Shown piece by piece: positions 63,479 through 64,000 of a stretch of 64,000 nt of DNA. The position numbers and the translations under genes were made by a program. The stretch is from contig UYFQ01000723.1 of NCBI GenBank assembly GCA_900617105.1, forward strand, positions 1-64,000, read 5' to 3'. The notes below the pieces were generated by a model that did no database searches, had not been told where the DNA came from, and was given only the letters and a program-made list of their open reading frames with translations. The first letter of the stretch is position 1. Every line of letters begins with the position of its first letter. Origin of the DNA: Hydrurus foetidus (lineage: Eukaryota).

Positions 63479-64000
63479 TTAAACAAACTGTAAAAATCAA
63501 GCTGTTTGTTTAAGATTTTTTTATCAGCACCCAACCATTTATTTAACAATGTTGCATACACATCTTTAAAATCAACTTTGTATTTTAAGTCGCCATCTTG
63601 CAAATCAGCTAAATCAGGCAATGCATTTATCATTCCTTTTTGCTTTAATCCACCACCGATTAAAAACATATTATTTGCAGTTCGTGATCAGTTCCTCCAC
63701 TTGCATTTTGCGATACTCTTCTTCCAAATTCACTAAAACTCATTAACATCACATCATCAAATCTATTGTTTGTTTTCAAGTCTTTTACAAATGCAGTAAC
63801 TGTTCATCCATTTCTGTAAACAACTTTTGTTGTTGATATTGTTGGTTTACGTGTGTATCAAAACTACCCAAACTAACATAGTAAACTTTAGTATTAATCT
63901 CAGAAAAATAAGTGATGCAATTGTTTTTAAATTCTTGCCTAATTCACTATTAGGATATGTTGTAGCAGATGGATGCTGCTGACTTTGTAAAATATACTCT
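63479..64000 (-). CDS. DUF1501-domain protein (C-terminal part)
   Basis: YVSLGSFDTHVNQ; MSFSEFGRR; GDLKYKVDFKDVYATLLNKWLG. Confidence 0.85.

Noticed and set aside
1..64000. Mass pseudogenisation or programmed frameshifting
   Set aside because: Breaks affect nearly all genes, including serC and lon, fall mostly in homopolymers, and differ between duplicate cassettes; sequencing error is the simplest explanation.
1..64000. Integrase, transposase, reverse transcriptase or prophage genes
   Set aside because: No such motifs were recognised in the ORF track or in stitched readings; a heavily frameshifted small gene cannot be fully excluded.

Overview
Low-GC (about 30% by eye) Bacteroidota chromosome segment. 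T9SS cargo, a PID-CTERM protein, a TonB-dependent receptor, TAnnTTTG promoters and general gene content suggest Chitinophagaceae. Almost every gene is broken by homopolymer indels typical of long-read error, so CDS limits were stitched across frames and are approximate. The main feature is 1-7.94 kb: ten near-identical 183-190 bp hairpin-forming repeats (AAC...GTT) separate 536-705 bp single-gene or ORF-less cassettes, in the order A,B,C,D,E,F,G,A,D,A,C. Each cassette's two ends are its own inverted repeat, with a conserved T:G wobble on the + strand. Duplicated cassettes sit at the end next to an attI/promoter-like leader. The cassette DNA is strongly enriched in GTC on the + strand. This is integron-cassette logic with non-canonical sites. 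No integrase is in the window; an XRE HTH gene and an unknown gene lie where intI would be expected. The rest is an accessory signalling block (Mla ABC genes, CheB-CheR hybrid kinase, kinase with 21-aa repeats) ending at tRNA-Ala, followed by ordinary genes: phoH, tolC, serC, an RND pump, ECF sigma factors, a PhoBR-like pair, a TonB receptor with lipoprotein, a T9SS protein, proline dehydrogenase and lon.
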